A stretch of DNA of 63,436 nt, filler included, from Nemertoderma westbladi (taxonomy: Eukaryota; Animalia; Xenacoelomorpha): NCBI GenBank assembly GCA_032718475.1. It is 4 parts of 4 records of this genome, joined end to end, with 100 filler letters (N's around TTAATTAATTAA, not from the genome) between each part and the next. Parts side by side here need not be neighbours in the genome. Positions count along the whole stretch, not along the records: positions 27,785 to 48,494 come from JAUCBJ010004593.1; positions 48,595 to 58,418 come from JAUCBJ010001016.1; 2 more parts are not named here. One strand, 5' to 3'. Positions 37,538 to 51,466 of the stretch are shown here, piece by piece (position 1 is the first letter of the stretch; the number at the start of each line of letters is the position of its first letter). Below the pieces are notes generated by a model. That model was not told the DNA's origin. It saw only the letters and a program-made list of their open reading frames with translations, and did no database searches. The position numbers and the translations under genes are program-made.

Positions 37538-38600
37538 TGTGACAGGACTGGTGGAGTTGACAGTCGCAGTCCCGATCGGGTAAGGTTGTACACGTCTTCG
37601 CGTTCGTAAGCTGTTGGGTATCTTAGGCCGAAGGCCGTTGAAAATAAGAGTTAGATTCTCAGTGTTGTTAATGACAGCAGTTAATAGTAGCACAGTCTGA
37701 ATGTGATGACATATGGTGCACAATAACAGTAATAATATAGTAATGATCTAATAACGACGATGGTCAAAACTATTCCAGTCTCACAACCGTAATGGAATTA
37801 ACTAACACAACTGAAGTAATAATGGGTTATCACAAGAGTTATACCATTGACACATATTGGTTTTAGCCCTATACTACTGGGCGATCCTCATACCCTAACA
37901 CCTCCTCATACTTCCCCCAGTTCTCCTCTATTCAACCGATACATCTTATTTCCATTCTCCGTGCCCTCCTGTTAGGCTCCCACATTCTCATTAGTGTGGC
38001 CACACTTGAGAAATGGGATCCGTCTAATACCATCCAATCCATCCAGTGTTGTTAATGACCGCAGTTAATAGTAGCACAGTCTGAATGTGATGACATATGG
38101 TGCACAATAACAGTAACAATATAGTAATGATCTAATAACGACGACGGTCAAAACTATTCCGGTCTCACAACCGTAATGGAATTAAGTAACACAACTGAAG
38201 TAATAATGGGTGATCACAAGAGTTATACCATTGACACATATTGGTTTTAGCCCTACACTACTGGGCAGCCTCTAATACCCAATGGATGCACTCCTGTCCT
38301 TCCCCATGTGCTTCCCTGCCCGCTATAGGCTTATATACTAATTGTCACTTCGCCACTCCCTGTTGGTGTTACCCCCTGCTGCTAGCCTCACTAACTGGTT
38401 TGTCCCTCTGAGGTGGTTTGACCTCTCACCTCTCTCTGTGGCTTAGGGCGTGTGTCTCTCCCCCCCCCCCCCCCCCCCCCCCCCCCCCAGTTGGTTATGA
38501 GGCAAGATTATTATTGGTAATCTCGCATCGCCAACTATATTGGTAAAATACCACTGGTCCCATTTTGGGTGGGTAATGTAGGGAATTGAATCCGCTTACA
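37538..38600 (-). mobile_element. Orphan 5' LTR with PBS-like site, related to the solo LTR at 31433; internal duplication of about 225 bp
   Basis: Minus strand begins tgtaagcggattcaattc (solo LTR: tgttagcggatccaattc) and ends cctgtcaca, followed by c-TGGTGCT..TCGGGA; 37660-37885 repeated at about 38045-38265. Confidence 0.85.
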
Positions 38601-41191
38601 ACCAGAATGAATAACACCAGCGTCAAACACATTACTGAAAAAATTATTGGTACTAACAAAATGATCAATAGTAGACCGACGAGCAACTGTATCACTGAAA
38701 AAACAGTAAGTAAAATTAACAGCAAACAAATCCCATAAACACGATAAATTGTTATCCATAATAAATTGATTTACTATATGTACATGTGTAGATAATCTCA
38801 AAAAGTCAGTGTTTAAGTCACCCATTAATAAAATATCACAGGCACTATTAACATTATCAATTACCCAACTAATATCGCTCAGCACCTCTAAAAGTATGTC
38901 AGAGACCTCATTAGTTCTAGAATCAATCAGAAAATAAGAATTAATAATAATTAATGGTTTCATATTGGGTAATGCAACCATAATACTTTGTAACCTAGAA
39001 TTAGTAATTATAATAGGTGAAATATACATAGACAATATTTTTTTAAATACAAAACATAAGCCACCAATCGGCCTGCCAGCCTGTGCTGTGTCATTTGCAT
39101 AAACAGTTGGCTGTATTATACTATTATAATTAGGAAAAGCCTTTCGTAATCTATACGAGTTCTCACGCAAAACAAAACGTTCCTGCAAACACAGGATATC
39201 AGTACCCAATAGTAGAGTATGCATAGAATCAACTGGAGTTAAGGGTGAGTAAATATTAGCTATGATTAATTAATTTTTTTTAAAATGTGCAATAAAGTAA
39301 GTATAAATAGAATATAAAAAAATTAAATGAAAAAGAATAGACAATAAATTGCATATACTCGATCAACCTATCCATTCTGCTGTGAATGGCCCCACCTCTG
39401 AGTCTGACCTTTAGTTTATTAGTCCTGATAGTCCCGATAGACTGACTCTTTCGATAGTCCCATTTCCTAACGCATATACCTTGCATCCATATTTTCGGCC
39501 GTAGCGCACTTTCAAGCTAGAGAGTGGAGACACTGATCTGAAAGCTCTGCGTTTTAGAATCAACATGGGATATTTTCTGAATATCTGACGCTTTAATGTT
39601 AACGCCTCCGACCTCTCTGAGATCATCAACTAGGTCAGTAGGTGAAATTGACGGATCCACTCCAAAAACAAAGATGTCAGCCGGAGCAGCGCCTGTTTTA
39701 CGTGTATATGAGGATGATCTGGAAGGCTAGATCGTACCCGTACCAACAACGTGGCGGAGTTGTTGCCTGCATCTGTGATATCTTGGAATCACGGAATCAT
39801 CGCCAAGAACTTCAATGTTGTGGGTCTCGATACCGTCATTGTCCTGCAAAGAAGCAGTATGAGGACGTTTAACACTGCCATTATTATTAGTCCGATAACC
39901 GCTCTGTAAGCCAGCTGTAGCAGGTGAACCCAGAATGGCACCTCCACCACCTAAATTCGGTGTCTGTTTATCCCTCGTTCCTCTAGGTACCATAGCCGCA
40001 GAGCCACCTATGTAACCCAATGGGCCAACATCTTTGTGTTGGCTTGGAACAGTAGGAGACTCCCACCGTTCACATCTACCTCTTGTTATTTCACTATATG
40101 ATGCATGCTGTGGTTGAGGTGGCCCAGAAAATACTGGTCCACTGGTACCAGGTAGCCGAGGAGCAATGATCTTTGATTAATTCAATATCATAGAGAGAAA
40201 GCGCAGCGAAAGCATCGGTAGCGATAACTGGTAAACTTTTGTGTGAGTCCATGATGCAGAGTTTATCGCATACATCTACGGTGTTGGCTCTAGCCACAGA
40301 ACACTCAGTGGAATCGCGCCGATTAACTGGTTTCTCTAAATTGCACCGTTCAAATAGTAAATCTTTAGCAACCAAACTCTCAGCAGCTGTAAACAGGACT
40401 AAACACGACTCAAGAACCTCAGGACCTGGTTTAATCACCATGCCTTGGACTAGAAAATCCAAACATGTATTAACAATAACAACATCCAATCTATTGACCA
40501 GGATCTGAGAGTTCTCGATATTGATGGTAGTATCTATATACTACTGTCATCAGGTCAGCTAGGCCTATATATGTCAGTATGTATATGAGGGTTAATTGGA
40601 TGCAGAATTGGTTGTATGTTTGTAAGTAATAGAACTATGTGAGAATACGTGTACATTAATGTCATTAATGTACAGTAGAAAAATAGATAGAGTTACCAAG
40701 GTCATGTTTATAATGCAGATCCCACTTTCTATTATTCTGATCATGTCGCTGTTATAGTCTTCAGTACAGTACTTCAGTGCAACTAACGTATCAAGGACAC
40801 CCCAAACCCAACCCCATAACCACAAATTAAATTATCACGCCGAATTAGGTTTGCCTGGCACGGCAACAGATCATCAAAAAACCAACTACACTACTGTCAT
40901 GAGTTCATCAGCGTGAATTGAACATAATACGCAATACTAATATATTGGTCTGATGAAGCTTGTTAATTGTTACGTAGGCTGTACAAGTATAAGTCAGTCT
41001 ACCGGTACTAATGCACGGTGGGTGTGTACATATGCAGTACAGCAGTATGCACTGCTAGTATTATTTAGTTCAGTAGTTGGGATACACCAAAGTAATATAT
41101 GTACAGTATAACGCAGTATAGTACAGTATATATCATCCCCTTTTCCCCCACGATCTATACTGGTTTACATATGTGCCAGTTTAGATCGCAG

Positions 41192-44100
41192 TTAATAGTC
41201 TGCTTGATTATAATAATGAATATTGTTTATACCCCAACGAATAATAGTTTTACATTTTCGTGTACTACGTCGAGGGACAGAAATACTTTCAGTTTTATTT
41301 ACTTTCGATTCGTCACCGCTAGTTTCGTCCATCGGTATATCATTTGATTGGTTCGTTGGTTCCTCAACTTTATAAACTTGTCGAAGGAAACGACGGTTCC
41401 TCCACCACGTTCTGCCGGATGCTAACTTGACACGATAGTCACGTTTTTCTCCCACGCTCACAATAGTACCTGTGTGTGACCAACATTTTGATCGCGGGTC
41501 CTGAATATACACATTGGTTCCAACTTTGAATGGGGGTAGGTTGTGGGCGGAGCAGTTGTAAATGTTTGTTGATTTTTGACGTAGATCAGCTATCCTTTTA
41601 TCTGCTGCATCCGCAACGTCTTGCCAGTTCTGCGCATAAGCTGTATGATGGGCTGGGATTCTTGATCGCAATAGTCGGCCGAAAACGACTTCGTTAGGCG
41701 ACCGGCCATCGGGACGTGGAGTATTACGAAGCTCGAGGAGCCCTTCCTCGAATTCTTCTGAGTGTATGTTGCAATGAGGCATTTTGCGGAGCAGATATTT
41801 GATTTGTTTAACGCTGGCATCCGTATGGCCATTGCTTTGTGGGTAATGTGGAGTGCTCGTAACTAAACGTACACCCCACCGTTTAAGGAATGCTCCGAAT
41901 GAATGTGAAGCAAACTGGGGACCTCCATCCACTCGGAACACGTTGGGAACTCCGAGGTCCACAAAAAATTTGCGGATTACATAGGCGACCTGTTGGGATG
42001 TGGGGTCATCTCGCCATTCATAAACAAGGGGGTAACCGGATAGGCGGTCAGTGTATATAAGGAAATATTTTCCCCCGAGGTAGAAAAGATCTGCTTGGGA
42101 GGTTGTCCGCCATCAGTGTCTCCTTTGGAAGACTGGGAAGGAGTTCCTGGCAACGGTTGCATTGTTTAACGGTGCGTTCGATATCTGCTCCCATACCTGG
42201 CCAATAAACAAGTTTTTGTGCACGCTGTTTAGTACGTGTAATCCCTTGGTGGGAGGAGTGAATTCGTGCCAAAATATTTTGTTTACAGTTAGGTGGGATG
42301 ACAATCCGATTGTTGTATAGTACGAGTCCATTATATATTGACAGTTCGTTGAAAATAGAACGGAAGTTGTGTATGTAGGGTGATGCTAGGTGTTTGTTCT
42401 GGAAGCCCTCCTGTATTTCTCGGATGAGCTCGTTGTACCCTTTATCGTTATTCGCCACAGCCTGGAGTTTGTTAACCAGTGGATCTCCAGCTGAGTCTCC
42501 GTTCTTACCGTCAATGGATAAGGTATTTACAATGTTCACAGAGTGTGAGAAATCATCCGGATCGGGTTCATCCGGGTCATCAATGGGTGAGCGGCTTAGG
42601 CAATCGGCGATTCGATGTGTTTTACCTTTTTGCCACTCGACACGGAATTGGTACTGGGATTGAAGATCAGATTTGATCTTTTGTATTTTTGTGTTCTCGA
42701 TCTGGTCGGCAGTGTATTGGTTAAATATGGTCAACAATGGCCGGTGGTCGGTTATGACTGTAAATGTTTTCAACCCGGTGAGATAAATGCGGCATTTGTT
42801 CATACCGTATTTAATAGCGATACACTCCAACTCGATCGTGGAATAACGAGTTTCTGGATCACTCAGAAATCGACTTCCACAGGCGACCAGTTTCCAATCA
42901 GTGCCGTGACGTTGTAAAAGGTCGAAACCAAGACCATGTAAGCGACTGGCGTCGGTTTCTAGTTTAGTCTGAGCATGTAAATTGAATGGAGCTAGGATCG
43001 GCGGTTCGATAAGTAATTGTTTCACGTGGTTGAATGCTTCCTCGTGGTTCGCGGTCCATAGGAAATTGTTGCAAGTACGTAAAAGATCCCGTAGTGGAGT
43101 TGCTGCAGTTGAGAGATCACTCGAAAAGCATCCCAACTGATTCACGAGTCCCACGAAACTTCGTAAGTCCGTAATATTTGTAGGTGTTGGGAAAGCGGAA
43201 ATGGCTTTCAGTTTATCGGGATCCGCTTCTGTTCCGTCTGCGGATATTATGAAACCTGCGAATTTGACTTTGGGTTGCGCGAAGTGAAATTTTTTGGGAT
43301 GTAAAGTTATACCTGCGCTGCGACAGCGATCTAGGACAGCACGGACACGCGTTATGTGGTCTTGGAAGTTGCCGTCCTCAACCAGTATGTCGTCCACGCA
43401 TTTGTGGACTTGTGACACGCCATCTAGCACTAGATCTCCACGATAATTGTATGAGTCACCAGCGCTTATAAATCCCATGGTGGCTCGGCAGAAGCGAAAC
43501 CATCCCCAGGGAGTTAAGAACGCTGTTAAGTCGCGTGAGTCCTCCTTCAACTCAACCTGCCAATATCCAGAACGAGCGTCTAGAGTTGTAAATAAATTGG
43601 CCCTGGCAGTACGATCTGCAACGATATCCTGCAGTGTTCTGGAATTATGTACAGTACGTTGCACCTGTTTGTTCAGGTGTGTTAAATCGACGGTAATTCT
43701 TACCTCTCCCGGACGATTTGGTTTCCTGCACACCACGATTGGGTGGCACCACTCCACAGGGCAGTCACCAACGCATTCGATAATGCCCTTTTCGAGCATG
43801 TCCTCGAGTTCAGTTTTCGCTTTGTCCCTGACAGGTAGAGGGATCGAACGAGCTGCGTTTATCCGGAATGGCGTGGCATTGTCCACCAGTTTGATTTCCA
43901 TTGGTGGCCCGGACATTGTCGGTAATTGTCCGCCGGAACCGAACACATCTGAATATTCCTCCAGAAGTTGCGCCTTTTGTTGGTTGTAAATGGAGGATTC
44001 AGACATTGGACTGTTTGTGGTGTGTTTGTTTGTGAATTAGGGAACGTGAGGGGAGTTTATTTCGCTGTATTCCTCCACTGCGTGGATGCCAATGTGTCGG

Positions 44101-47043
44101 TCCTTTGTTGTGGTATGTGTAGGTTTCCCTACACAATGTAACGGAGTGGGGAATTCAGAGTGAACGATTCCCAGTCCTTTACAGGCAAGGAGTGAAATAT
44201 AAATATCGTATGGTTTTATTTCTGGGCAGAAGTATACCCACTCCTTATGGCATTTACCTTTAATAGAGAGTTCTATGAGTGCGCGTCCCTCGCACTGTAT
44301 AGGAGTTTTATTTGCAGTTTCTAGAGGACAATCTGGCGCTACCAGTTTGTTACGTATTCCCCAGTCCCCCACAAATTTATTGCTCGCTGCTGTAACCTGC
44401 GCTCCGGTGTCGGCCACGCAGCTCCGGTTATCGAGGTATTCCCCAGATTCCTGGAAAATGATGCTGATAACGGGTCTCCGGCGTGCATCCATGTATTCGT
44501 GTATATCGGCGATTGAAATTGCTCCGGAAGTTTGAGCCATTTTTGTATATTTCTTAAAAAGGCTTTTGGATGTGAAATGGCCTTTTTTCCCACAGTTTTT
44601 GCAGATTTTTCCAGCCGCCATGCAGGGTTTGTCGTTCGAATGCAGCCATGAGCCGCCATAGTATATACATTCACCCGCTTCCTTCATTCTCCGTACAACG
44701 GAAGCGGTGTCGTGACCGTACGACTGCGATCGGCCGCCACTTTTACCCCGTTTATATTGGCTCTGCGACCGGTATTTGGGACGCCCTGGTCGATCTGGGC
44801 CAGCGCGACCGGGTTGTTGTATGGTGCCGATGCGGTGTTTAAGGCGTTGGGTTTCCTTAGCGGCGAGATCGCGATTTCTGCATAAATCTAGAGTTTGTTC
44901 TAGATTATAGGTCGGTCGTTTACCGAAAAGTTCCTCGCGTGTTTCCTCATCGCGAATTCCGCATACGACTAGTGTCGTTAACCAGTCGTCCTTCGTCATC
45001 CTTTCGACCTGCGCATCGTCTGCCATTTCTGACATTTTAATATAGAAATCGTCGAAAGTTTGTCCCTCGTCCTGTTTCTGGCGGACGAGTTCATAGCGAT
45101 CAACCACCACGTTTTGTTCTGCGCGAAGGTGTTCACGTATGCGAAATATTATGTCCTCCATAGTGAGTTCGGTGTCTTGGGAAATATGGAGTCTGTAGTT
45201 TAAATGTGTTAAGAAATCTGCGTTACAGTAGCTAAAGAGGGTGGCAACCTGGAGATCCTGAGTTTTCTTATCGAGTTTTACAACCCTAGTGTAGTTGTGC
45301 CACGTAACTTCCCAACGTTTAAACTGTTTATAAGATAAGTTTAGTTCCAGGGGTTGGGGTGGGCGTACTGTGAGTTTTGCGGAATTTCCACTATTGTGTT
45401 CGCCTGTATGCAGGGGCGGATCCAGGAATTTCTTAAGGGGGGGGCTTAAAATTTTTCATAGTAACAATCAAATGTATTTAATTATAAATATTAAAATATA
45501 ACCAAAACAAACAAAATCAGACATTTATTGTAATAGATGATATGATACAATGAGTAAATTAATGGGCGCAAAATGACACTTTATTTCACCTGCGGTCAAT
45601 TTGTGCAGGAGATCACTTTTTCACTTGCGGATAATTATTGGACCACTATCTGAATACGCTAGCTAGGCATAGTGAAAATTTCTAAATTAATTGTATGCGA
45701 CGATTTTGTCGCTTGGCATAAATATTAATAATGGCATAAATATATGGCATACATCTATATTATAAAAAGTGGCTCGTGGGAATGTCATTGACGGCCATTC
45801 GGGCCTTATGGCAATAATGTCGGAAATTCCGCATTGCGATGATAAATTTGGGGGGGGGGGGGTGTTCTTAAGCACCTTTGGGCACTTTTTCGGTATTAGG
45901 GCCCCATTTTCCCCATTTTTTGGGTAAGTGTAATTCAGTTTTACTGCATATTACCAGTTAGCTAACAATTATTTATTGTTTGAAATATACTTGCTGTCAT
46001 ATTTTCTGCTATATAATTATAACTACTAGCTACAACTGTAGCTATGTACTAGTAGCTACAACAAGCTCACGAAAGTTCAATCGTTCATTTGGAAACATTA
46101 TAACTAGCTAATACATTATAAAATGTTCTAGAATGTGTTGTTTCCATGAAACTAGTGAGCGACACTTTTTAAAAAAATTTTTTAAAAAATACTAGCATTA
46201 TACGATAAAAAATCTTTTTGCTAGCTAGTATTTTTAGAAATTATTCATTTCATTGAAGAATATATTAATGACCAAAATAATTTCCAAAAATTACTAGCTA
46301 GTAAAAAATCAAGTATCATGGGATGGAAGACTGGGGGGATTTATTTGTAAAGAGGCTGGGGCTAACTACAGTAGAGATCAGAAGGTGGAGAAGGTTTATT
46401 ACTTTTTCTTAGACCACAGGAGGCATGGGATTATGTGAATCCAATCTGGTCGGGCTGCTAATGTAACTTTGACAAATTTTACCTTGCCTGAGAGTACTTT
46501 TTCAAAAAAGAGAATATAAAAATGACCCTTTTCTCAAAGGGCAGCTTATTGGAACTGTGCTACTGTATAAATCAGTAAAAATTTTCTTTATCATTACTTA
46601 TGTATTTTTTTAAAAGGGGGGGGCTAAAGCCCCTTAGCCCCCCCCTTAGATCCGCCACTGCCTGTATGTGGTTCTCCACCGTGCCGAGGTAGGGGTGGCG
46701 CTGTAGCTGCGTCACGCTGTTGCAACAACTGGAGAAATTGTTGCTGTTGGAACGCCCATTCTTGGCGTTGTTCCTCACGGTCGTGTTCGCGTTCCTGTTG
46801 GCGTTGTAGATCCAACTGGCATAAAACCTTGCCTAAATCGAGGGCCGGCGTTGGTGTTAGAGGGGGCGCTGTTTCGGGTTCCACGAAGAGCGCACGATGT
46901 AGACGACGGCGAAGAACTTCCGTACCGGTTTTCGAATCGCACTGGACTCGAAGGGCGTAACAATGTTTGAGAAGGTCGGTGTGGTGTAGGTTCGCAACGT
47001 CGTCTTCTGTTAAGTTTAGTGAATCTTCCTCGTCGCTATTCAT
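41192..47043 (-). pseudogene. Mag-like gag-pol, disrupted by a hAT MITE in gag, an in-frame TAA at 44037 and a frameshift near 42070
   Basis: Two CCHC-like knuckles, protease VADTGA, LDARSGYWQ, CVDD, ETDAS, TDHRPL, H..H..C..C, VDGGPQF, PQSNG, WRNRRFLR. Confidence 0.92.
45411..46660. mobile_element. hAT-type MITE inserted in Mag gag
   Basis: TIR CAG(g/t)GGCGGATC; 8-bp TSD cctgtatg at 45403-10 and 46661-68. Confidence 0.92.
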
Positions 47044-47416
47044 GTTTTTGTTTTGTTTTACAGTTTTATTTTGTTTTTACTGAATAAATTAGGCTCCCGC
47101 CGAGATTCGACCGTAACACTGCGCCATGTCATGAGTTCATCAGCATGAATTGAACATAATACGCAATACTAATATATTGGTCTGATGAAGCTTGTTAATT
47201 GTTACGTAGGCTGTACAAGTATAAGTCAGTCTACCGGTACTAATGCACGGTGGGTGTGTACATATGCAGTACAGCAGTATGCACTGCTAGTGTTATTTAG
47301 TTCAGTAGTTGGGATACACCAAAGTAATATATGTACAGTATAACGCAGTACAGTACAGTATATATCAACTACCTCAGTTGATAGTGCCCTAAATCTCATT
47401 CAGTACACGCTCGATG

Positions 47417-48494
47417 CAGGCCCGTATGGTGATCATAATATCTGGGGGGGCAGAGGCCAAATCTGGGGGGGCAAACCTTTAACTGGATTTGTGGGAGCAT
47501 ACAGCAAAGTGAGAGTTAATTTAGTACATAAAGTAAAGTCAATATTGTTGAAGAGTGTGTGGGGCAAGCCACGAAGTTGGCGGAGCCTTGGCGAACTGAC
47601 ACTGTTAAGGAGTATGTCAATAATGGCAAATAGTTGTTGACGTAACGATTTCATTAACGTAACATTCAAATAACTTTGTCGATTTAAAGCTGTCGAATTA
47701 AAAATTTGTAGGCATAAATATGTCCAAAACTTGATATCATTTAGCGACTTTTGACACAAACAGTTCAGCAGTCTCCCGCTAGATGGCTACATGTCTGAGC
47801 ATTAAATGTCCTCCCATTTCTTTGCTTTTAATCCGTTTCAGCGGAAACTTGGCAGAATTGTACTAGACCATTTGCTGTGTCATTTAATCTTTTTCTGAGG
47901 TCTTAAATCGACTGCAGATTTCCAGACTGACCTCTAGGTGTAAAGTGATCAAGGGACATCTGCTTAGATTTTGCTTATATTTCTTTCGCGTTGGCACTTA
48001 CATAAGTTTATGTCACGTGCTGCGCGAAGGACCCACTTCAGGTATAATATGGTTAAGGTTAAGTTACAACAAATTATAGATATGGATACCAGCGCAAGCA
48101 ACCCTCAGCGCCTAGACTTTTAGCTGCAAGCTGGCTCCCAAATTACAGACAAATAGACAATGGGTCAACAACAAACAACCCCTGGTAGCCAATGAGAGAA
48201 CCTGGAGCTTTCGGGTATTTTTAGTAATTACAGGTAGGTAGGTTAATGTCATGTAGTATTATATAATTGGACCAAAATGGGATGGTGGGGTGTAGGTCAG
48301 TGTGTAGAGTGTGTATCAATTATTTAAGTGTGTATCCTATTATAAGTGTATCAATGTGTATCCAATAATATTGATCACTGGGGTCAACAACAACAATATT
48401 ATTATTAATTAATTGTGAACAAGACGAGTGAACAAGACATGTCTGGGGGGGCATTGGGACTTGTCTGGGGGGGCAGTGCCACCAAAGCCCCCCC
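47417..48494. mobile_element. Probable hAT-type non-autonomous element, right end lost in the gap
   Basis: CAGGCCCGTA start; tctggggggg(g)ca subterminal motifs at both ends. Confidence 0.55.
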
Positions 48495-48594
48495 NNNNNN
48501 NNNNNNNNNNNNNNNNNNNNNNNNNNNNNNNNNNNNNNTTAATTAATTAANNNNNNNNNNNNNNNNNNNNNNNNNNNNNNNNNNNNNNNNNNNN
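48495..48594. other. Assembly gap with artificial linker
   Basis: N run containing TTAATTAATTAA. Confidence 0.99.
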
Positions 48595-49429
48595 CTGACT
48601 CATGTAGGGTCTATCAAATAACATTAGATTCACTTCAAACCACTTTAATATAAGTCACAATCGTTTATCTGTAACCCTTCTCTCTTACCTTCGGTATATC
48701 AAGAATATTGGGTTTCGGGGTTATTTATCGTTATTCCAAATATAATAATTCATCAACCATATTATGAAGAACTGACGGTAAATAGCAGTATAAAACAACA
48801 ATGAAAACACTGATTGTTATGAGTTTGCAATGTTTCAGCAGTCAGCATGTATGACCAGTCGGCAGGTGATTCCATGAGTCAGGTAGTCGTTAGGTAGTTA
48901 AAGGATATATGCCCTTTATAATTAAACCTACTAGTGTAAGACTAAAAAACAGTAAAGCACAAAATACTTCCAAGCCGTTCTTTCTTTGGCTCAGGACTGA
49001 ATGTAAACACTGCACATAGGCATTGCGTCATTTCTCGGAAATTTTCTGTACAAGGAGCCACAAAAACGCTCTCATTGGCTGACTGAACTGAGAGACGCCG
49101 TAGAACAAAGGAAATCAACACGTATGAATGTCAGCTGTTAACCGTAGTCATAGTAACTACTGTTCAAGAGTAGCTATCACCCCTTTGCGTCACGAATTGC
49201 CATAGAATCATAAAATATGCCTTTCACAGTACACATACGGAGGAAATATGTCTTAGATCCTCTAAAAACACCGATACAGCAATAATACGGTCTCTTACAC
49301 TTATTAAATCAACTACAGAGTATTTTAATGTAAAAGATAATAAAAATAACGGGGCAATTCAGCAAAGGCTTTTACATACAGCTTGACAACACATTGTTAC
49401 TATTAATAAACACATGTTTCTGGCACATG

Positions 49430-50132
49430 GCTGCATGGCACAAAATGTCAAAATCTATACTGCTAGACAGAAATTGATAATTTTTGGTATTTACAGGTTT
49501 TCGAGGGTGCTGATTCGATTAAAACTGGTGTCAATTGTCCATCACGTTTATAAGTGCTATTCTTGGAAAGTACCAACAGTGAAACCCTTCAATTTTGGTA
49601 TTGATATCAATATTTGGATGTCATTTTTGGTCCTTTTGGGCAAATTGGGGCACCCAGTTTAGCAATAATTTTGTTGTATATATGTTGATCTTTCATTTGA
49701 ATGGTAGCTTGGGGCGTAGCAAGGCCTAGAAAAAACTTTTTGATCCCTTTGATTTCTAGAACACATATTTTAAAGATATTTTTGTGGTTTTTAATGAATA
49801 TCACTTTTAGTACATGTTTGCATTTAATTTATATGAAATATGAATTCGGCATACACCTGGGAACAAATTAAAAAAAAAATTTGAAATTCCTTAAAAATTG
49901 ACTGATTTATCAAATATTTTCAATTTTCCTAATTTAGCATGAAAATTTCATTTTTTTCATATAAATTTGAAATTTTGGGTTTGTCGAGCTAGATTTTCTT
50001 CCCAGACATGAAAATTTTGAAATGAAGTATATTTTCTGAGGTTTTCAGATTTGGCGAATCGAATGGTGATATTGAAAAACGTTTTTGAGCACATCGGTTT
50101 TTGCCTATTTTGGCCGCTTTTGACCCACTGTG
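49430..50132 (-). mobile_element. DNA transposon relic with a CACAGTG terminus (Transib-like); other end not found
   Basis: Minus strand starts CACAGTGGGTCAAAA at 50132; ggttttcgagg..gctga motif shared with the 24912 element. Confidence 0.4.
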
Positions 50133-50192
50133 CAGAGGCAGGGGTTTTTTAAATGAGGGAAGCAGAAGGGAATAATTATGTGAATAAGTATT

Positions 50193-50535
50193 GCTGATTG
50201 CAGCCAATTATTTCCATTTTTTAATGTTTTTCACCCGGGTGAAAAACATGTGTCAGAACTCTGAACACATGTAGTTAGTTTCCTTATAAATAATATCGAA
50301 AGCTATCATTTTGATCCAGATTCACTCTTGGCGAATTAATCTCGACCCAATGTTAATACAGTAATAAATTAAGGGAAATAATCAAGTTACAGTGGCATGC
50401 TATTCTAACCAAAACAATAAACGAAAGTCAACAGTCATTTACGCCCGGGTGATAAATTTTATTCATCCGGGTGATAAATGTTTTTCACCGGGTGTAAAAA
50501 AATTTAAAAAATGGAAATAATTGGCCGCAATTAGC
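50193..50535. mobile_element. MITE with about 50-bp TIRs
   Basis: gctgattgcagccaattatttccatttttta mirrored by taaaaaatggaaataattggccgcaattagc; cccgggtga repeats. Confidence 0.75.
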
Positions 50536-50610
50536 CACCGTAATATATAAATAATAATCCAGCAAAAATAAAACATCTAAGGTCTAATAAAACATCTAAC
50601 GTTGAGTTAC

Positions 50611-50799
50611 CTGGGCAGTCTTCGGAGCATATCCCTTTGTTGCCCTCAATATAATTTCCATCAATGTCCACTGCAGTGGCGCACCATCTGTTATTGATGG
50701 AGTTTCCTTTACATTCTTTGTATTCGATGCCTTCAAAGGTGAATGGTATCATGCAGTTCCTGAAAGGACGGGGGCCGCTGATTGTGTGGCAGACGTCAT
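50611..50799 (-). CDS. Exon encoding a fibronectin type II-like domain
   Basis: VCHTISGP...CMIPFTFEG.EY.EC...WCAT.VD..G...GICSEDCP; AG/GT bounded, 189 nt, phase 1-1. Confidence 0.88.
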
Positions 50800-50833
50800 C
50801 TAGGAAGTGAATTTAGGAGTGAAGTCAATTTAA

Positions 50834-50960
50834 CCCTATTTTGGCCTATGGGCCAATGGTCAATTTAGACATTTTTTTGTAATTCATCTGTATCTTTGAG
50901 TCAGGTATGTTTTGAAAACCGAGATTTCGTGACTTTTCCTAAAATTTAATGGGTTATTAA
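50834..50960. mobile_element. Fragment of the piggyBac-like MITE family seen at 24912-25808
   Basis: TTAA|CCCTATTT, then sequence similar to the reverse complement of about 25670-25808. Confidence 0.6.
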
Positions 50961-51466
50961 TGGGATTTTATTTTGGTTGATACAGGTGGTATAGTACCAT
51001 ACAGCCAGGCGTTTGTCATATGTTGGCCCCCTCTATTGGCCAATTTAAGATCATCCTTAAATCTCAACTCATCACTCTATCACAACCTTGTTGAAGTTTT
51101 CGTTTGTTGGTTGTTCGGTTTTTAGTTGGTAGGCTATCTGGGCAGGGTTGAAAACGTGTCAACCAGAGGGTAGAAATTGAAATTACCCAAAAGATGTAAA
51201 ACTTTGTTCCATAGTATGGACAAACTATTCAATTTTCAAGTTCTATAAAAAATTTTAGTCAAATGTTTATGATTTCAAAAAATTTGGGATATGGAGTGAA
51301 AGTTGAAGTACACGTTAGAGATGAATTCTCCGTTCCGTCCATGATGACGCTGTCTAATTTTGGCCACTGCACTTCAATAGAAAGCCAGTTTCTAACTTTT
51401 TTAAGTGATTCATATACAGGGTCACTAGTACTTCATTGAGAGTGAGTATTAGTTATGTAGATGGTA

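Larger units (their letters stand above)
35942..40520 (-). mobile_element. APE-type LINE (L2/CR1 group), near full span but degraded: ORF1 about 39390-40489, ORF2 about 35942-39230
   Basis: ORF1 VIVN..LDF..AKDLLF..RRDS; APE DILCLQE, GRPIGG, MGDLN, STIDHF; RT GVRQGSVASP, YADD; LYGSNLWDL. Confidence 0.88.
40895..47367 (-). mobile_element. Full-length Gypsy LTR retrotransposon, Mag-like, with 5-bp TSD
   Basis: 241-bp LTRs at 40895-41135 and 47127-47367 (3 differences seen); TSD actac; PBS TGGCGCAG; PPT tgggggaaaagggga; gag-pro-pol. Confidence 0.96.

Noticed and set aside
40925-40960. CTGATGA in the Mag LTR as a hammerhead core
   Set aside because: No downstream stem II and GAAA
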